A DNA stretch of 64,000 bases from the human T2T-CHM13v2.0 reference genome, Homo sapiens, in NCBI RefSeq assembly GCF_009914755.1, contig NC_060926.1. The stretch is one strand, 5' to 3'. Both the position numbers and the translations under genes were made by a program. Within the stretch, counting starts at the first letter, position 1, and each line of letters begins with the position of its first letter. The notes beneath the pieces were generated by a model. The model did no database searches and was not told where the DNA came from. It worked only from the letters and a program-made list of their open reading frames with translations. This document shows positions 21,691 to 36,995 of this stretch, one piece after another.

Positions 21691-23039
21691 TTTATTTTAA
21701 CTTCTGATTCAACCATTTCTTACCCTTTCAACCTGGACAATTCACTTAATTTCTGTGAGCCCCAGTTACATCACAAGTAAGATGAAGAAAGCCATGTTTG
21801 CCCTCCCTACTGTAGAGCATCCTTGTTGAGCTCAAATGAGAGAGTGTCTTTTAATTGGTAAGCTGCAAAACTCTGATAGGACATGTCATTATTGTTATTA
21901 ATATACAAGCACTCTTGCGATACAGGAAAAAAACTCTCAAAATAAGTATTTTGGAGAGTTTGAGATTTTGTTTTTGCTGTACTGGTCCATTTTTCTAACA
22001 TAACCTATATTATATTATAGGTGTCTCTATACTGTTGCTTTCTTAAATGCCTCTTTTTTCCCAAAGGGAAATATATTTTATTTCTGATTTTAAACTCACT
22101 GGTTTTAAAACCATAGCTTTAGCAAAAAGCTTTAAAAAACCTACTGGTTATCTTTTCCTTAACATTATTGTGATGATAAAGAAATACATAAAGTCAAAAA
22201 TACAATATCACAACAGTCTCATTTCTCAGAGATAACCACTATTAACCAGTACATTTTAAAAATCTTTCCAGACATTTCTCTGTCACAGTCAGCAATGCAA
22301 TCAATGTCCTTGTATGCATTTACTTTGGATTTAAACAAAAACAAGTTGACCTCTCCTGACAGTTCTTAATCCAAAACCGAAACTTAGTCACAGTGTCCCA
22401 CCTCAAACATACATTACCCATCCAGATTTGACTTACAATAGGAAAAATCAAGAGCTTTTTTTTTTTCTGGCGTGAACAGAGTCCATGTAAAAGTGTGAAT
22501 AGAAACAACCACTTTTGATATTAGTTCCTTCCTAAATGTTAAGTTTCTAGTTTGGGCAGAAGTTGTTGTAGCTAATTTTACCCTGCCAAATAATTCTTAT
22601 CTTATTGGAAGCTGGGGTAATAATGTGGATGAATGCCTTGCAGAATAAAGAATGCAAAACTCACTCTGCTACTAACTTCTTTGACCAAGATAATTAGGAA
22701 TCACCTAATTTAGCCCTGAACATTCAATAGTGAATAACATATTCTCATTTGAAATAATGATTTTAAGACATAATAAATATTCTTTTTAATCAAATTAATC
22801 TTTGTTTGCTTAAGCAGACCCATCTCAAGGGCAGGCACAAGAACAGAATTTGCTCATACATTATACAATCCACCTCTGTCTACAACTGTGAATTTGCAAG
22901 TTGCAGAAACTTAGCATGCACTGCAGGGATAAGTATACTTCTTACTTTCTAACTGTAATGTCAGTACTTGCAACATCACCAAATCAATGGGAAAATAGCG
23001 GAATTTGGCCATATGAAAAAAGTATTTTTTAATTGGTTG

Positions 23040-23413
23040 TTGGCTGCTCATCTCTCATAACAAAATCCCACCTACTATGTGACTTAAACAACAGAAACAT
23101 GTTCTCTCACAGCTATGGAGGCTAGAAGTCCAAGATCAGGGTGGCAGCATGGTCAGTTTTTGGCAAGGGGTCTCTTCCCAATTTACAGATGGCTGCCTTC
23201 TTGCTGTGTTCTCACATGATGGAGAGAGGACCAGCAAGTTTTCTGGTGTCTCTTCTTATAAGGAGCTGTAGTCCTATCATGAGGGCCCTATCCTCATGAC
23301 CTCATATAACCCTAAATACTTTTGTAGGAGTCCTATCTGCAAATACCATCACACTGAGAATTTGGGGCTTTGACATCTGAGTTTTGGGGAAACACAAACA
23401 TTCAGTCCATACC
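23040..23413 (-). mobile_element. MLT1A-like solo LTR (MaLR)
   Basis: cttaaacaacagaaac...ggaggctagaagtccaagatcagggtg...gggaaacacaaacattcagtccata. Confidence 0.8.
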
Positions 23414-25369
23414 ATTAGTCCTTTCTATGGTGATTTTATAATTAAAAGAACTATAAAAAGAATGAAAAGTAGTGAAAAATGTCCTGGATTAGAAGTCAAC
23501 AGATTTGAGTTGTATCACAACTCCTTGTGTCCTTGAGCTAGACATTAAATATCTCTCAGTTTCTTTCATTTGTTAAAATGAAACAGGTACACAAGAGACT
23601 CACCACCAAAGCTAATACTGCATTTATTCAAAGCAAAAGAAATGTTATAGAACTTAATTTTTCTAACACTGGCTAAAATTAATTTCTCTCCAGCTGTGAA
23701 AAGGCAATTGAATTATAACCTCCTTTTCTCTTTCAACAATTATCTTTTCCAAACAAAAATCTAGTTTTGTTGCTAGAAATAAATCCCAATATCTATAGGA
23801 GAGACAGTTTAACATTGCAAAACCATGTATAATGTATACCACATGACTGATGAAGAATTAACAAAGAGACATTGGGAACAATCCACTGGAGAAAAAGTTT
23901 AAATTATTTCAAATTTCTTATTAATTTTCTTTCATCATCTCACCTTCATCTCTGAATTCATTCCTTCATACTATAATGTTATCAGGACCAGATTTAACAA
24001 AATTAGTTAATAATCTTTCCACTTTCATAGTGATACATAATTGCCTAAGCTTCATTTTATGAGGGTAATATGTAGGTTACATGACTGTCACAAAATACTT
24101 TTAGATACCATGAAATTTAGATAGCAAGTATTTGGGGATTTTGTTATTCACAGGATTCAGACACTTCACAAACTCTAAGAATAAAAACAAGAACTCAAAA
24201 GTTACTCAATAACTATTTATTGAGAGTTTAACAGTGGCATGTACTCAATCAATGCTTAAATTTTCTGAATTAGAAGTAGGCATAGAAAATATTCCACAGT
24301 GACACTAGGAAGCCATAAAAATGATTTCTACACAACACGGGATCATTCTAGGTGGAATCCAACCAGTGGCTGTTTCCTCATATCAAAAAGCCACAGAAAT
24401 ACTTCTAATGACTTTCAACCCCTCAATATAGAACAGATCAAAACCTCTCAGAGATTCTAAGCTGCAGCAATGCTTGCAAAGCACAATCCCACTCCAGGAA
24501 CCAAAATGGGGAAAAGGATTTTACAGAGTATAGGGGAAGCACAAGAATCCTTATATTTGATGAAATTATAGAGTTGAAACAAATTACATTTGATGCAATT
24601 AGCTAAAAAATGGTTTATAAAGTGCTACTTAGAGATTGTCTTGTGTGATTGTAAATGTAGCAACCAAATATCCTCTTCTAGTCATAACCCAGACTCTGAG
24701 GCAATGCATGTTCATTCTGAGACGGGTAGAAGTAGGACATGCAGACTGTAGGACCCGGGAAAGGAGCCACGCAAAGGGACCAACACTAGGTCGGAGGCAT
24801 TTCTCTGATTCACACTCACCTAAGGTTTCATCAATTTCCTCATGTGAAGGGAATGAATGTTGCTGTCAGAATCATGTTCAATATCCATTGTAGTTTGTTG
24901 GATATATGTTCATGTTCAACTTAATTTGAATTATAATAGTACTAATTTTATAGCATGGTTTCAGTGATTAATTACACACATTTCCTTCATACCTTCTTAA
25001 AGAATGTTAACTGGGCTAAGTGGTTCCCAAGTCCCCAGCTAACTGCAGTCAAGATTCAGTTGCCCAAAGTGAATGAGCTAAGTGAGCATTACTCCTAGCA
25101 GAGGGTGTCTGAACAAGTCTTATTCCTACCTGGCTGTATATAGAGTACACCAGCCTTTAACTAGGTAATAAATGGACGACTACTCTAGAAACTTATTACA
25201 TAGTTGAGAAGGCAAAAACTAATATACATACACGCACAAATGTAGCAAACGAGGGTCTAAGTGTAAGACACTATGCTACGCATAATATAAAGATGAACAA
25301 GACAGGCATGGTCTTGAATTCAAAATGATCATAATCTTGTAAGTAGTAGAGGACATAATAATAACAATG

Positions 25370-25600
25370 AAATAATAATTTAAAATATATAGGGCTCACA
25401 TAATGTGGCAAGGACTACACCAAGAGACCCATAGCACATTCTGTTTTATCCTTTTATTAATACTTACGGGGTAGGTATAATTATTCTCAACTTACAGGAG
25501 AACAAACTAAGTTCACAGAGTTTAAGTAAGCAGTTCAAGTTTATAAAGCTACTTAGTAGGACTTGTCTGTTTGACTCCAAAGAGCATTAGCTCCTTTCTG
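25370..25600 (-). mobile_element. MIR SINE
   Basis: Antisense MIR core (gtaggtataattattctcaacttacaggagaacaaactaag). Confidence 0.6.
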
Positions 25601-26342
25601 TGACATCATATTTCCACATATAGGCAGATCACTGTGATATGGCAAACACTACAAAAACAGACCAAAAAACTGAAGGACTTTTACAGCACTCATTTCCAGC
25701 CAGAGGAAACTAGAAACGTTTGGTGGAAGAGGTGTCCTTTGAGCTGGCCCTTGAGGACTCTAATAGGGGATGAATAACTGTAGAAAGCTGGATTATTCCA
25801 GGAGGCAGAAGGCACGGGGGCAAAAACATAGAGGTAGGAGAGCCTACGTTTTGCAAAGGAAGAATGATCAGTAATCTATTTTGGTGACAGCCTAGAAAAA
25901 ATATGGTGGAGTGGTGGGAAAAATGGGTTGGAATTAGGTTGGAACCAAATGGTAACACACAGGTCTGGAATGTGACTTTAAGAAGTTTAGAATATTTGAT
26001 AGGTACCATTGACCTACTGAAAAGCGTTTGAGGAAGAAGGGCTTAATCAAAACCATGCTTTAGTGTGAACAAACAAACAATAATCAGGGATATGTGACAA
26101 CAAATATTTGATAAAATCTAATGTCAGGAAATATTCTTGTTGTAACATAAGGAGAAAACTAGTAGGCTGTTGAAGTTTGATCCCCTGGAAGAAATAATAA
26201 GAAAAATAAAATAATAAATTATAATAATAGCCAACCTTTGTTAAACTCATATTATGCACCAGGCTCTGTCTCCAAGTTCCTTATAATAACAATCGAGTAT
26301 TCACTCTGTGAGTCCAGGTTTGCTGCAAAGGAGGTTGTAAGT

Positions 26343-26836
26343 CAGCAGTCCCCAATTTTTTTGGCACCAGGGACTGGTTTCGTGAAAAACAGGTTTTCCA
26401 CAGACCAAGGATTCAAGTGCATTACATTTATTGTGCATTTTATTTCTATTATAATTACATTGTAATATATAATGAAATAATTATACAACTCACATAATGT
26501 AAAGTCAGCGGGAGCCCTGAGCTTGTTTTCCTGCAACTAAATGGTCCCATCTGGGGGTGACAGGAGACAGTGACAGATCATCAGACATTAGATTCTCATG
26601 AGGAGTGCACAACCTAGATCCCCCACATGCTCAGTTCACAATAGGGTTCACGCTTCTAAGAGAATATAGTGCTGCTACTGCTGATCTGACAGGAGGTTGA
26701 GCTCAGGCAGTAATGCATGTGATGGGGAGCAGCTGTAAATACAGATGAAGCTTTGTTTGCTCACCCACCACTCACCTCCTCCTGTGCGGCATAGTTAGTT
26801 CCTAACTGTCCATGGCCCAGGGGTTGGGGACCCCTG
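26343..26836 (+). mobile_element. MER1A non-autonomous hAT-Charlie DNA transposon
   Basis: Termini cagcagtccccaa / ttggggacccctg; characteristic internal sequence (gcattacatttattgtgc, cattagattctcat); degenerate 8-bp flanks ttgtaagt / ctgtaaac. Confidence 0.9.
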
Positions 26837-27814
26837 CTGTAAACTATTTAAATCAAGCTGTTAGAGATCAGAGAATTCATCTCTTTTCAAGTGATCAGGT
26901 CACTAGTGACATCAAATATAGTCTCTTCCTCCTGTTGAGTGGGCATGAATAAACACTGAAAAATACTCTCACCAACTTTTTCTTTCCTAAACTCCATAAG
27001 GACCATTTGTCACTAACATGCCTCCATTTCCAAGATTACAGTTTCTTTTACATTACTTATATTTTGTGGTGCTTGTTTCCCAGCACTTCTGTCCCTTCAG
27101 TAAACTCTCTTCTCCAAATCAGACTGTAGGATGGGTTATTTCTAGGAAAAGCTCCTCCAAATAAACTGATTCCACCCACTATGTATTCATTCTGATGTCT
27201 TGTTCCTGCAATTTAAAGCACTTTTGGAACCTGAAGCTCACAATTTATAATTGCTTCAACTTTCTCAATGTAAGGAGGGGCAGGGATTGCAAAACAAAAA
27301 GCAAGAGAAAGATTTTGCGACCATTATCATTCTTAACTAGCAAAGGAGAATTAGTCACCCATGTTCTCATTCACAAAACACTATCTGTAAGTAAGCTGTG
27401 TGCTTACAAGCTACATGAGTACAGAGTATGGGGGAATAAGCACAAGTTTGAGCCAAATTATTACATATCAGTTCTTTAATGATAGAAATTACTTAATTAT
27501 TTTTATATTTCTGAATTGCCTAGCACAGTGAACTGCACACTCTAGACACTGAATAAATATCTGGTGAATAAATGAATAAATAAATGCTTTCTTAGCAAAC
27601 TATAGATTAGTAAAGGGAGAGAAAGTAAAATTCAAATGTGAATAATTCATATATTTTAACAGTTTGGATTAACGTATCTCATGAAGAATGAGGATAATGG
27701 CTAAATTTGAGCAGAATGTTGGATTTTTGTGGAGATTTAATTATCTATTATTTAACATGACCAATGCAATAAATACCTTTAATAATAATATTCAATTATT
27801 TAATCTGACAACTC

Positions 27815-28248
27815 AGGCAGGTGTAGCCTCCAAAAAGATATGTCCAAGCCCAAATCCCTGAGACCTGTGAATATTGCCTTATTTGGAAAAGGGGACTTTG
27901 CAAACGTAATTAAGTGGAAGTTCTTAACTAAAGATTATCCTAGACTGCCTGGGTGGGCCCTGAATTCAATGACAAGTACCCTAAGAGACAGAAAAGCAGG
28001 ATGCAACATGACAAGGGAGGCAGTGATTGGAGAGATGCCACCGAGAAATGCCAATGAATGCTAACAGCCACCAGATGCTGAAGGAGACACAACATGGATT
28101 CTCCCATAGAACCTCCAGAGGACGTAGAGCCTTACAGACACGTTAATTTTGGACTTCTGCCATGCAGAACTGTGAGAGAATACATTTTTGTCATTTTAAG
28201 CCACCCAGTTTGTGGAAATTTGTTACAGCATGCCTAAAAATCTAAGAT
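27815..28248 (+). mobile_element. MLT1C/D-like solo LTR
   Basis: acctgtgaatattgccttatttggaaaaggggactttgca...agaactgtgagagaatacatttt...ttaagccacccagtttgtggaaatttgttacagca. Confidence 0.8.
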
Positions 28249-28269
28249 AAATAAAGACCCCTTCTTTCC

Positions 28270-28780
28270 CCTAAAATCAACCTTGACTTCCATCTTTTGT
28301 TCACCAACAATCCCTCCAACAGCACTGCTTTTAAAACATACCCAGTATCCAACCACTTCTCACCACTTCCACTGCTCCCACTGATCCTAGCCACCATCCT
28401 GCATTAGCCTCTTAAAGAATCTCCTTGATCCCGCCCATCCCCACTACAATCTATTCTCAGCACCCAGGCTGCAACATTTAAACTTAAGTCATATCATGTA
28501 AAAACACTGCAAGCCCCCACTCCCCCGCATTACCTCCAGAGTAAAAGCAAAAATCCCCACATTGGCCTACACAGCCCCCAGTCACCTACTGATCTCATTT
28601 CCTACTACTCTCCCCAGGCATCGCTCTGCCCCAGACTTGGCCTCTAGTCCTCTTTGCTCCCCTCCTGCACTCCAGGCATGGTCCCACCTCAAGGCCTTTG
28701 CACTGGCAGTTTCCTCTGTTCTGTAAGTCGTTTCCTCAGGCAGGTACCTTCTTCTTCTAATGTCACCTTCTCAGTGATGT
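28270..28780 (+). mobile_element. L2 LINE relic
   Basis: Pyrimidine-rich L2 body (accacttctcaccacttccactgct, ggcctttgcactggcagtttcctctg). Confidence 0.65.
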
Positions 28781-30714
28781 GTAAAAATGTATTGAATATG
28801 TAACAAAGAAAATATTTTTATAACTATCTTTATAATTTTGTTTACTTTATTCTGTTTTCTCTATTATTGTTCTTTTTTTAATCATATGACCTGGTCTTAG
28901 TGTTCCATGCATATTTTCTCAGCTTGTACAGAACTAGATTCCTCTATAATGTCCCATGTGTTAACTATGATTTGTTAATGACTTTGGATATTTGAGAAAC
29001 ATACAATAATGTCCAACATTTTCTGAAGTAGTACATCATGCCTTGACCATATAATTAATTATTTTTAATTTGTGACTTAAGTAAAATAGTCTTTGCTTTA
29101 TGATCAGGGAGACAACTGTGTATCTCCTCTTTACTTCCAAAGTTACAAACCACTCTCAAAAGCACAAATAGTGATTAGTTAATGAATAATGTAAGAGAGT
29201 AGTGAGAATAACATAGAAATTTAGCTTCAAAAATGAGCAAATCTATCAAAGTAAAAGCTATTTCTCCAATATGGTCAGGATGGTAGCAGGTATATTATCA
29301 CTACAGGAAGCAAATTTGACTGTCAAGTTGATGAGGAATAATTACGATTGTCAGGCAGAGAAATGATGAGATTGTGGGAAATTGAGCATTCCAAAATTCT
29401 CATGAAAGTGTTGACTTCATGTCATAGTCCCCAAACTCATTTTAATGCTATAAGATCCAACTCACTTTTCCAGAAGTTATTGTTGCCAGTTTTCATCCTG
29501 CCAATTGTGAGATGTTCCAATGTGATTTTTGTGTTTGTTTGTTTTGTTTGGGAATTCATTATCACATTGTCAGATTTCTAGGTCATTGCTTGGAGAGGCA
29601 ATTCTAGTAGTGTTTTAAATCACCCATGTGATAAACCTTTTCTTTGGAAAGACCTCTCCCCCAATCATCCAAAATAATTTCATAATCTCTCTTGGTTTGA
29701 AAGTTTATAGATTTGAGGCCCACGTAATTCTTTCCTTGGCTAAGATAATATGCTAAAAAGAACTTTCCCAAACTATATTGAAAACAAAATTATGACATTC
29801 TACTAAGTATCAGTTTCAACAAATACTTTTTTAAAAATTTCAAGCAGATCAAATACTTCTACAAGTTAGGCATTGTGGGTCCCCTTCTATTTCATTAGGT
29901 GTATGGCTTCTGGAACTCCTAAGACCGCAGCACTTCCTTTGAAATAAGTATTCTTGAAGGCTCTAGAGACAGTGGGCTCAGAAAAGCGCCTCAGGCCTCT
30001 ATACAGGAGACAGACCTGGTATAATTTGTACAACAGCCCACGGCATTACCAATTCACCCTGTAATTTTGCCAGATCTTATAAACTAAGCAGGCTTGGCCC
30101 TAGTCATTACAGAGATGGGAAGCCTCCAGGGTAAACCCAATTGCTGCAGAAACTATCATTAAAACTATTATTGAACATCTATCTGGTGCCAAAAATACAT
30201 CCAACTTATTGTAGTCATTTGGATCTGCAGCAAGACGATGCTTCTGCACTTCACAAGAAACACATGAAGGCCTTGGCAATTTTAACCTAGGGAAATGCTG
30301 AAATGGAAAAGCACTTGTCCCAAAAGGCACTCAGGCAACATCACGCTGCCCCCACAACCCCAGACTGGATCACTGCCAGTTCCAGCATCCTTTATCATTC
30401 CCTCCTGTAGCCAAGACTCTGAAGGGAGGCCCAGATACAATTTGGTCATATTTAGACTATTTTATCACTAAAATACTTCTCAGTCTATCTCCTCTTTCTT
30501 CATGCCAAATACCATTGCCTTAGTTTAGTCCTTCACACCTTTGACCTGAACTAACACAAAAGCTTCCTAACTGATTCTCTTAACTCCTTTCTACCTTCCT
30601 CCCACACCTCAGATCCCCTTACATACATCCTCCACACTGCAGAGAGAGTGATCTGCCTGAAACACACATCCGATCATTTCACTCCCAAGTTTTGAATGGC
30701 TGTGAATTCACTCA

Positions 30715-31370
30715 TTGATGCACTCATTTAATTCATTCAATAAACACCCAGTGCTTGGCACTAGGAATACAACAGTAAACAAAACAGACACATCTCTACC
30801 GTCTTGAAGCTTACATTCCTGTGGACAAGATGGGAAATAAGCAAACAGATATAAATATATATATATATATAAATATATAAATATATATATATATATATAT
30901 ATGGAAAAAGAGAGAGTAAAAGATGGGGTGGGGGATTTTTAGAAAGAGTAGTCAGGACAGTCCTTCATCAACACATAGGGATGAGGGGAGAGAGTCAGCC
31001 ATGAGGCAGGGAAAGGGAGTGTTGGACCAACTCAAATGAGGCCTTGCCTTTCAGGCCTTGGTAAGAATGTGGATTTTATTCTAGATGGGGAAGAAGCCAT
31101 TGGGGTTTGAGTACTGGGGAATGACATTATCTAACTTGTGTTTTAGAGGAAACACTCTCACTCTGTGCATAGGGTAAACCATAGAGGGACAGAAGTGGGA
31201 GCAAGGAGACCTGATTACCAGACTAATTGTGGAGCCACTGATGTGATCCTGGTGGAGGTAGAAGTAGCTTAGATTAGCCTGGTGATGATGATCAGATTTG
31301 GGATATCTGGCCAAAAGGATTTGCTGAAGGACTGAATGTGGATGTGCAAGAAAGCAAGGAATGAAGGACT
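30715..31370 (-). mobile_element. L2 LINE relic nested within an oppositely oriented L2 fragment (~30480-31460)
   Basis: cattcaataaacacccagtgcttggcactagg 3' end and purine-rich body. Confidence 0.6.
30849..30902. repeat. (TA)n microsatellite, imperfect
   Basis: Read directly. Confidence 0.9.
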
Positions 31371-32741
31371 CAGCACTGCCCACAGAAAAAAACAACCCAC
31401 ATGTGGCATCCAAGTCCTTCCCAATCTGACTCCTCCTTCTCTCTTCAGCCTCATCTCACACCACTCCACACCTGAAACATTTCCTTCCAGTAATTCTGAA
31501 TTCCAGGAGTTTCTTCACTCAGGCTTGCACACAGCAAAGGCTCAATGAATGCTGATCAGAACTGAACTCCTAAGAACTATCCATATCATCAGGTCAGCCA
31601 GATCACAGACCAGAGGAATGATATCATCAGAGAAAAATGGAAAGCAATGCTTTCCTGGATAAATCCCCTTGCACGAGGGGGTGTGCTGACCACATGAATC
31701 AGGAGCTCTTCCTATGGAGTCAAGTCCTGTAGTCAAAGTTAGCCAGCCCCAAAACATCTCTGGAGGTGACAAAGATAGGCATCAAAGATAAATGGCTTGG
31801 GGAAAAAGAGAAAAAGAACACACTCGCCCATTCTATTTTACAATGAGGGTAACAGGCATCTAGAAAAATGAAAAAACCAGGCGCTAGCTGCCTGTTACCT
31901 CCACGCGCAACCTCAACGGCAGCCCATGCTGCTTTTCACAGTCATGCCTGGTAGACAATGTTGAGAGAATCAGTCCGCAAGCTACAGGTACAAAGCAGTG
32001 TTCAGGGGATCTATAATCATGTTACATAAAGTGGGGTTTATATAAAGTTGACAGAATGTGCTGATGTGAGCCATTTACAGTTCAATTGTAACAGAGCAGT
32101 CTGGCAAGCAGCTAGCTTTATCTGGGATACGATGTACTTTGGATTCTGCTATCAAGTCAGATTTAGAATAACAATCTGAAGGGAATGCAATCCCCCTTTT
32201 AAAAATCCTGCCTTTTCTTTCTTGGATCTAGGAAATAAAACTAGGTGAGTCTACATAATCCCAGCAAACTTTTCATTACTTTATAAAGAAATAAAAATCA
32301 TCTAAAAATTTTGTTCAAGGAAAACAAATTCAGTGCACAGAACTTGATTTAATACAGTGGACAAGAAATCTTTAAAAATATATATATATGTTTCCTTGAA
32401 CTTAAGATATTTGCCAGATGAATTAATCTAATATTTTAATGTATTTCAGCATAGCTTTACTATGTACCATAAAACACAAAGCCAGTGAAAATTCTACATA
32501 GGGATTAAATTATAGAAAAGACACAGACTATCAGTCTATATGTGTTATGTGTGTGAAAAGATTGAGAACTGTTCTCCTTAAAAACACAGGACTATATTGT
32601 TATCTGATTTTACTTTCAGATGCATTTTCAAATATGTGTTTAAAATGTTTTCCCAATTTGTTTTAGATTCTTCTGGGTTTTTAAATCTTTTTACTATGCT
32701 GAATTTTTTTTATTTTTATAGATAAATAATTCAATATTTTC

Positions 32742-32787
32742 GTGTGTGTGTGTGCGTACGTGAGCACACGTGTGTGTGTGCATGTGT
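32742..32787. repeat. Imperfect (TG)n purine-pyrimidine tract
   Basis: Read directly. Confidence 0.8.
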
Positions 32788-32924
32788 TGGGAAAAGGCTT
32801 TCCCCACCACAAGTGTATATTAGCCACCTTTGTTTGTTTGTTTATACTTCTATTATTTCAGTTTTTCACTAAATATTTAATCCATTTAGGATTAAAGTCA
32901 GTATTGGTCTCTTTTTTTTCCTGA

Positions 32925-33495
<571 letters not shown>

Positions 33496-33688
33496 GTTGA
33501 CTATATTTATGATCCATGATTATCTTTATAATTATTTTGTCAAATTCCCTCCAAAAAACGCACTTGTGGTTTTGATGAGGATTACCATTCACATGCAGAT
33601 TTTGAGAACACTGTCATCTTTACATATAGTGTACATTTCTAGCCAAGAAAAGATATCTTTACACTATTGTTATCTTCTTTTATGCCTC

Positions 33689-34049
33689 TTTATTAGTCAA
33701 TTTTCACACTGCTATGAAGAAATACCAGAGACTGGGTAATTTATAAAGAAAAAGACGTTTAATGGACTCATAGTTCCACATTGCAGGAGAGGCCTCACAA
33801 ACGTGGCAGAAGGCAAAAGAGGAGCAAAGGTGTATCTTATGGTGGCAGGCAAGAGAGCATGTGCAGGGGAACTGCCCTTTATAAAACCATTAGATCTCAT
33901 GAGACTTATTCACTATCATGATAACAGCACAGGAAAAACCTGCCTCCATGATCAGTTACCTCCCACTGGGTCCCTCCCACGACACGTGGGGATTAGGGGG
34001 GCTACAATTCAAGGTGAGATTTGGGTGGGGACACAGCAAAACCATATCA
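33689..34049 (-). mobile_element. THE1 (C/D-like) solo LTR
   Basis: tattagtc...gagactgggtaatttataaag...gagatttgggtggggacacagcaaaaccatatca; flanks gcctc / gcccc (5-bp TSD with one mismatch). Confidence 0.9.
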
Positions 34050-34389
34050 GCCCCTCGGTACATTTTATCCCTTTCTTCATAGGTTATACCCATTTCCTGT
34101 TACATTTATACCTCAGTATTTTGGGTGTTTGCAATTTAGAAATTATAATTTGTCATGTCCTATACATCAAGATTCAAAAAAAAGATCTTAGCCCCTTTCA
34201 GTCACACCCTGTTAATGAATCACTAATTTTAATTGCTATCTCATCCCAAAACAAATGTGTCTTTACTGAGTTTCTTCAGTCATAGCCTTTGGAATTTTAT
34301 CATTTATAGCTGCTTGGTATCTTTTAAACACTCTCAATATTTTGATAGATTCTCACATTGTGAATCCATCCTTGCCAAAGTAGAATTAA

Positions 34390-34838
34390 ACAAAACAAAA
34401 GGAAAACAAAAGACACTATTCCTTCCAGACTCACTTGCAGCTACAGTACAAGCATCAGACCTAGACTGTACTAAGCAAATACAACCATAGAAGACTAAAC
34501 TTGTGGAAGGTAGCAACATGACTAGTGGCCACATGGGGGAAACTGATCTGGCAAATGTGGTAGTATAGGCATCTCATTCTTCAGGAGATATCTGACTGCT
34601 GGTATGTGGCACCACACACAGTCAGTGAAGGGTGGCAGCTGGTTTCTTGGAGATAACAACCCTGCAGCATGGTGAGGCAGAGCTTCAGCCTGTATTGGTG
34701 GAGAATGTGTTGCATTCAAAAGGGGTTGATGGCCCTTGCAGAGATTCTGTGAGCTACCTGAGATACTTTAAGATGTCTCTCTTCAAACTATCCAGAGTGG
34801 ACTCTGGGATTTGCGACTAAAAACCATGACCAATTCAT
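34390..34838 (+). mobile_element. Old ERVL-type LTR relic (LTR33/LTR16-like)
   Basis: ttccagactcacttgcagcta and 3' end ccagagtggactctgggatttgcgactaaaaacc resemble old ERVL LTRs; family uncertain. Confidence 0.45.
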
Positions 34839-36995
34839 AAATGAAAGATGGAAATTCAGGCAATAGGCACTAAGAAGAAAGAACTAGAAGCAAAAGTGGA
34901 TGGATTTTGTCTATGCTTCTCTTTCTAGTCCTCTGGCATTTATTTAATTACGGCCTTTACCATGCATGCCTCTAATTAGTAAACAAGGCTTCTGTTTGAA
35001 TTCAAGTGCTGGTAAACTTGGCTCCCTGGTGTGAAGAGGAAACATACTTTCATAACACAGGACTTCGATCCCTCAGTTGTTTAATTAACAATGCCTTTTG
35101 GAGAAAATGTGTGAATTTGCTCATTTTTTTTAATCCTTATTAATAGGTATGCTTAAACACACAAATTACGCATTCATATATAACCATTAATCCACAAATA
35201 AGACAATAAACATATATATTGCTAAACTGCATACTGGTCTCAGATACACCATTCACCACCAATAATTCTACATATTTTTACAGAGTTTCCAAGCCACGTT
35301 AAATAAGCTAGAAGAGACCAAGTTTTTAGAATCGAATGGGGACTTATTGCTTTGGTTATTGGTTTCCCATTCCTGAACACCAGCTGAAGATGAAAACAAA
35401 AAAAAGGCTCTCTTTAAGATTGCTAGGTATAACATATGGAAAAGTGAATCCCAATATATATTCCATTTTTTTGTCTAATTCCATTTTTCTCTCCCCATCT
35501 CATACACATAGTTGACCCCTTTCCCCTTTTTTGTCTCCTTTCCATTTCCTCAACTATATAGTGAAATCTCTGCTCTGTTCTTCCTTAGTCAAAGTTCAAA
35601 GACACCTAGGACTTCTATTTGTCTCAACCAAGACTAAGATCATCCCTACTGATTTCCAAAAATACACCTCATACTCTGTTTAAGTCATCTGCTAGTCTTT
35701 AGAAGAATAATGATTAACAGAGGATTAATTCCCAGAATGCTCACACCACCTCGAGTGCCATTTTATTTCTCAAGCTCCAGAATCTGTAACCTCCATTTTA
35801 ATTTTTTTTAAATTATCTTCTCCAGAGCTTAACACAGTCCCTGATACATATGGGGTGCACAAGCAATATTTATTAAATGATGTTTTGGTATTGATCAGTT
35901 TCTTGAATATATGTGAAAATGCATTATAACTACATTTTAAATTTCCAATGCATTTGAGGTGGTCCATGGTTCAAATAGCAAAAATATTGATCATTAGTGC
36001 ATATTTTTTCCTTCTGAAATTTATTTTTATAATTTACTTTAGAAGAGAGGATGAAAGTAAATTCATATTCACCCAAAAATTGCCTTATATGAATACATTT
36101 TTGAAAAGTTCATGGTTCTGCTCATATTAGCAACTACATGCACCAGACATAGCTTATTCAAATGAAGCAATCAACAGAGACCATTTCACAAAGAGTTGAA
36201 CTGAAACATTTATCCAGTGAGAGTCAGTGGGATTATCTTTACTATTGTAATAATATATATTATTAATATATTTTGGAATGAGTACTAGACTCTATATTAT
36301 ATTATTATGTGGAAAATTTTCTATCAAATTGAAAAGTCTTTTCTTTTTTCTGATCTAATAGGCCATCCTATCTAAAGACTCTTTTCCTGTGAGGACATGG
36401 CTAAAATGAGTTTTTAAATACTTGTTTCTTTGGCTCTGAGGTTATCTGATTGTCCCTCTAAAACGTAAGCCACAACTCAGGTAGCTGCTATAAATTTTAT
36501 TTTTTGTGCAATGATTCATTTTTCTCCAATTGACCTTCCTTTTTCAATAATAATTGCAATAAAAATTAATAGCAATTGGGAAATCAAGAAGGATTTTACC
36601 CAAGAAACTTGACAATGTAAGAAAAACTGAACACTTCAAAGGTAGTGGCCTTTATAAATATTTTCTTGACATCTTGTATTTATTGCTTCAGACTAATCAT
36701 GTTGATTGTAATTACTGGCTTGCATATAAATACAATTAAGAAACATTTTCTTTTCATATAAGAAAAGATGGATACTTGTTCTCTAATAAAGCAAAAATGA
36801 TGACAGAATGAAAAAGGAAAAGAAGGTAAGCTCTCCCAAACCTAAAACACTGTGATTGATTCTTCTTTTTAAAGAATACAAAAGGGTCCTTTCTCGGCCC
36901 TTTATACACTAGGAATTTATCTCCTCAGCTTCAATCATATTAAACAGGAATCTTATGGTTTAATGCCTATATATCACATTGAAAAGAGAGGACAA

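Noticed and set aside
33803-34285. 160-aa ORF
   Set aside because: Runs through a THE1 LTR into AT-rich flank; no domain recognisable.
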